A stretch of 64,000 bases of DNA, from assembly GCF_009914755.1 (NCBI RefSeq), contig NC_060936.1, one strand, 5' to 3'. The position numbers and the translations under genes were made by a program. Positions within the stretch are counted from its first letter, which is position 1; each line of letters starts with the position of its first letter. This document shows, in pieces, positions 61,007-64,000 of the stretch. Source of the stretch: the human T2T-CHM13v2.0 reference genome, Homo sapiens. Below the pieces are notes generated by a model that saw only the letters and a list, made by a program, of their open reading frames with translations, was not told where the DNA came from and made no database searches.

Positions 61007-62406
61007 TCAGGAAGCTGAGGCAGGAGAATTGCTGGAACCTGGGAGACAGAGGTTGTGGTGAGCCAAGATCCTGGCCACTGCACTCCAGCGTAGGTGACAA
61101 AGCTAGACTCTGTCTCAAAAAAAAAAGAAAGGAAAAAAAAAGATTTTAGGCTGGGCACGGTGGCTCATACTTGTAATCCCAGCACTTTGGGAGGCCGAGA
61201 TGGGAGAATGGCTTGAGGCCAGGAATTTGAGACAGGCTGGTCACAATAGTGAGATTCCATCCCTATTTTTTAAAAAAATAATATGGACCAGGCACGGTGG
61301 CTCACGCCTGTAATCCCAGCACTTTGAGAGGCCAAGGTGGGCAGATCACTTGAGGTCAGGAGTTTGAGACCAGCCTGGCCAATATGGTGAAACCCTGTCT
61401 CTGCTAAAAAGACAAAAATTAGCTGGGCATGGTGGGCGCCTGTAATCCCAACTATTCGGGAGGCTGAGGCAGGAGAATCTAAAAAAAGACACCTATTTGG
61501 AGCCCGGCAACATAGTGAAACCCTGTCTCTAAAAAAAAAAAAAAAAAAAAAAAAAATTTGGCTAAAAGTAGTGGCCCACACCTGTAGTCCTAACTACTCA
61601 GGAGGCTGAGGCAGGAGGCCTTGAGCCCAGGATGTGGAGGCTGCAGTGAGCTGTGATTGTGCCACTGCACTCCAGCGTGGGCAACTGAGACCCTGTCTCA
61701 AACAACAACAACAACAACAAAAAGAATATGTCCATCCATTCACCTGTTGGCAGGCATTTGGGTTATTTCCAGTGTTTGTATTATCTATCATTTTAATGCC
61801 TGAGATAGTTTATCAAGAAATAAATATACTGTTTGAGATGGTTTCCAAAAAGAAAAGAAACAAAAAAGCAAAGGGAAAAGAAAACACAAAAAACAAACAA
61901 ACAAAATAAACACATCCTGTTATAACCCCCCCAACACACACACATTATTCTGGCAATTTTCCTGGTGTCCAATCCTCAAGTCAAGTCTTCCTTGCCAGCA
62001 CTCTGGAAAACTACTGAAAGCTGTTCACAGCGGAAGTTGATGATCGGCCACTGGGCAGAGAAACCAGTGGTCCCCAGAGACCATCTAAGTTTCTGCACTG
62101 ACCCGGCCTTTTCTCCTAGGAAATATTGATCAAAATAAAGGGGCTACTGGCTTGACTTAGAAAGCTGTCTTTAGACAGCTGGAACTGGAACATCTAGCCT
62201 TCCAGTTCCCTTGCTGGGCATCTAAGCCCCACATTGATGATTTCTGGAATAAGTGCTTTCCACCATCCCTTCCATCTGCCCACATACTGGCCTGCACCCA
62301 ACCCTGCAGGGAAGCTCCATCCAGATTTTAGGGCCCTCCAGAGCCAAGAATAGGCTTCCAGGGCCTGCTCAGGGCAAATTGTCTTTTCTGCTTATGTGTG
62401 TTCAAA

Positions 62407-62467
62407 CTTCTTCTTCCTTCTTCCTCCTTGCCTTCTCCTCCTCCTCCTCCTCTTCTTCTTCTTCTTT
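62407..62467. repeat. (CTT)/(CCT) polypyrimidine tract
   Basis: About 60 nt of nearly pure pyrimidines in place of an Alu tail. Confidence 0.85.
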
Positions 62468-63131
62468 GCAAGTTCTCTCTGTATTGCCCAGGCTGGAGTA
62501 TAGTGGTATGATCTTGGTTCACTGCAGCCTCAACCTCCTGGGCTCAAGCAATCCTCCTACCTCAGCCTCCTAAATAGCTGAGACCACAGGCACGTGCCAC
62601 TACACCCTGTAAATTTCAAAAGTTTTTTTTGTAGAGAAGGGGTCTCACTCTGTTGGCCAGGCTGGTCTCGAACTCCTGGGCTCAGGCGATCTTCCTGCCT
62701 TAGCCATCCAAACTGCTGAGATTACAGGCATGGCCTCATGTTCTTATAGCCTTGAAATTAGAATAAAATCATGGCCTTAGAGCCAGTTGGGAGACTAAGG
62801 CTAACCCTAGAGAGGCCAGAGGCTGTGAGTAGGCCCAGAGCAGGCAGCTCTCATCTCTGGCTGCCCACTCTCTGGGTTAACCTCGGAAGACCATTCTCTG
62901 CCACTTCCAAGTCTTGTTTGGCTGCATTTGGCTTGGCCAGGTTCTTGCCAGTTACATGGAATCAGACTACTGGAATCAAACTCCAGTTCTGTCCCCTTAG
63001 TGGTTGGGTGGCTTTGGGCAGGTGATGTGACATCTCCAAGCTTCAGTTTTGTCATCTATAAAGATAGTACAGAATGGAATGAAATAATGTAAGGGTGTGC
63101 TTCGCCTGCGACCAGACACATAATATGGGGA

Positions 63132-63666
63132 TTGTATTTTCCGTATTTTCTAAAATTAGCCATGACAGTATTTCCAGTCTCACATGTTCTTCTAGAACCT
63201 TACCACTCCCCTAGCAAGAAATGGAATCTATGGTCCCTCCCCTTACCTGCGGGATGGGGTACGGTGGATGTCATGCTATGCAGCTCTGGAGACTTGGTCT
63301 CAGAAGGTAATATAGCTTCCATCCAGCTTTCCTGTTTTCTTGGGATACTTGCTCCTGGAACCCTGCTGCAGTGCTGGGAGGAGGCCAAGGTCACATGAAG
63401 AGCGTCTGCGTAGGTGACCTAGGTGACAGCCCCAGGTGAGGTCCCAGTTAACAGCCAGCATCCACCACCGTTGCACATGTGAGTGAAGAATTTTCAAATG
63501 ACTCTAGCACCCTTCCAACCTCCCAGGGGATGCTGAGCAGGACAGGTTAGCTTTCCCCACAGAGTCCTGGTACAATTACAGATATATGAGCTCAATAAAT
63601 AACTGGTATGGCTTTAAGCCACCAAACATCCAGGTGTTTTGTTATGCACAATAGATGAGCAGAACA
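63132..63666 (+). mobile_element. MLT1 (G/H-like) MaLR solo LTR
   Basis: cagccagcatccaccacc...catgtgagtgaag; AATAAA; end tttaagccac...tttgttatgcacaatagat...gaaca. Confidence 0.75.
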
Positions 63667-63746
63667 CGCAAAGGCCACAATCACCCTTGGTGCATCTCTC
63701 CATGCCTCTCTCTTGCTCACACTTCACACTCCCTATCCAGCAGTAA

Positions 63747-63944
<198 letters not shown>

Positions 63945-64000
63945 TAATTTTTGTATTTTTAGTAGAGACGGGGTTTCACCATGTTGACCAGGCTGATCTC

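Overview
Primate, human-like, Alu-dense genomic DNA containing the complete PPP1CC gene (protein phosphatase 1 catalytic subunit gamma) on the minus strand. It runs from a CpG-island promoter (about 50,650) to poly(A) signals at 27,626 and 27,531. All seven coding exons have canonical GT-AG junctions and give the 323-aa PP1gamma1. Splicing of a 900-nt intron inside exon 7 gives the 337-aa PP1gamma2. The rest is mostly repeats: many dozens of Alus, a 5'-truncated L1PA inserted in a MIR, L2/L1M/MIR relics, LTR and DNA transposon fossils, and microsatellites. Nearly all other ORFs in the track are Alu, L1 or GC-rich artefacts. I found no convincing new gene system. The best leads are at the RNA level: a candidate poison exon in intron 1, a candidate distal last exon near 16.1 kb, orphan minus-strand exons toward the HVCN1 side, miRNA sites removed by the gamma2 splice, frame-symmetric exons able to form stop-free circles, and several recent tandem duplications. 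Repeat family names and boundaries were assigned by eye and are approximate.
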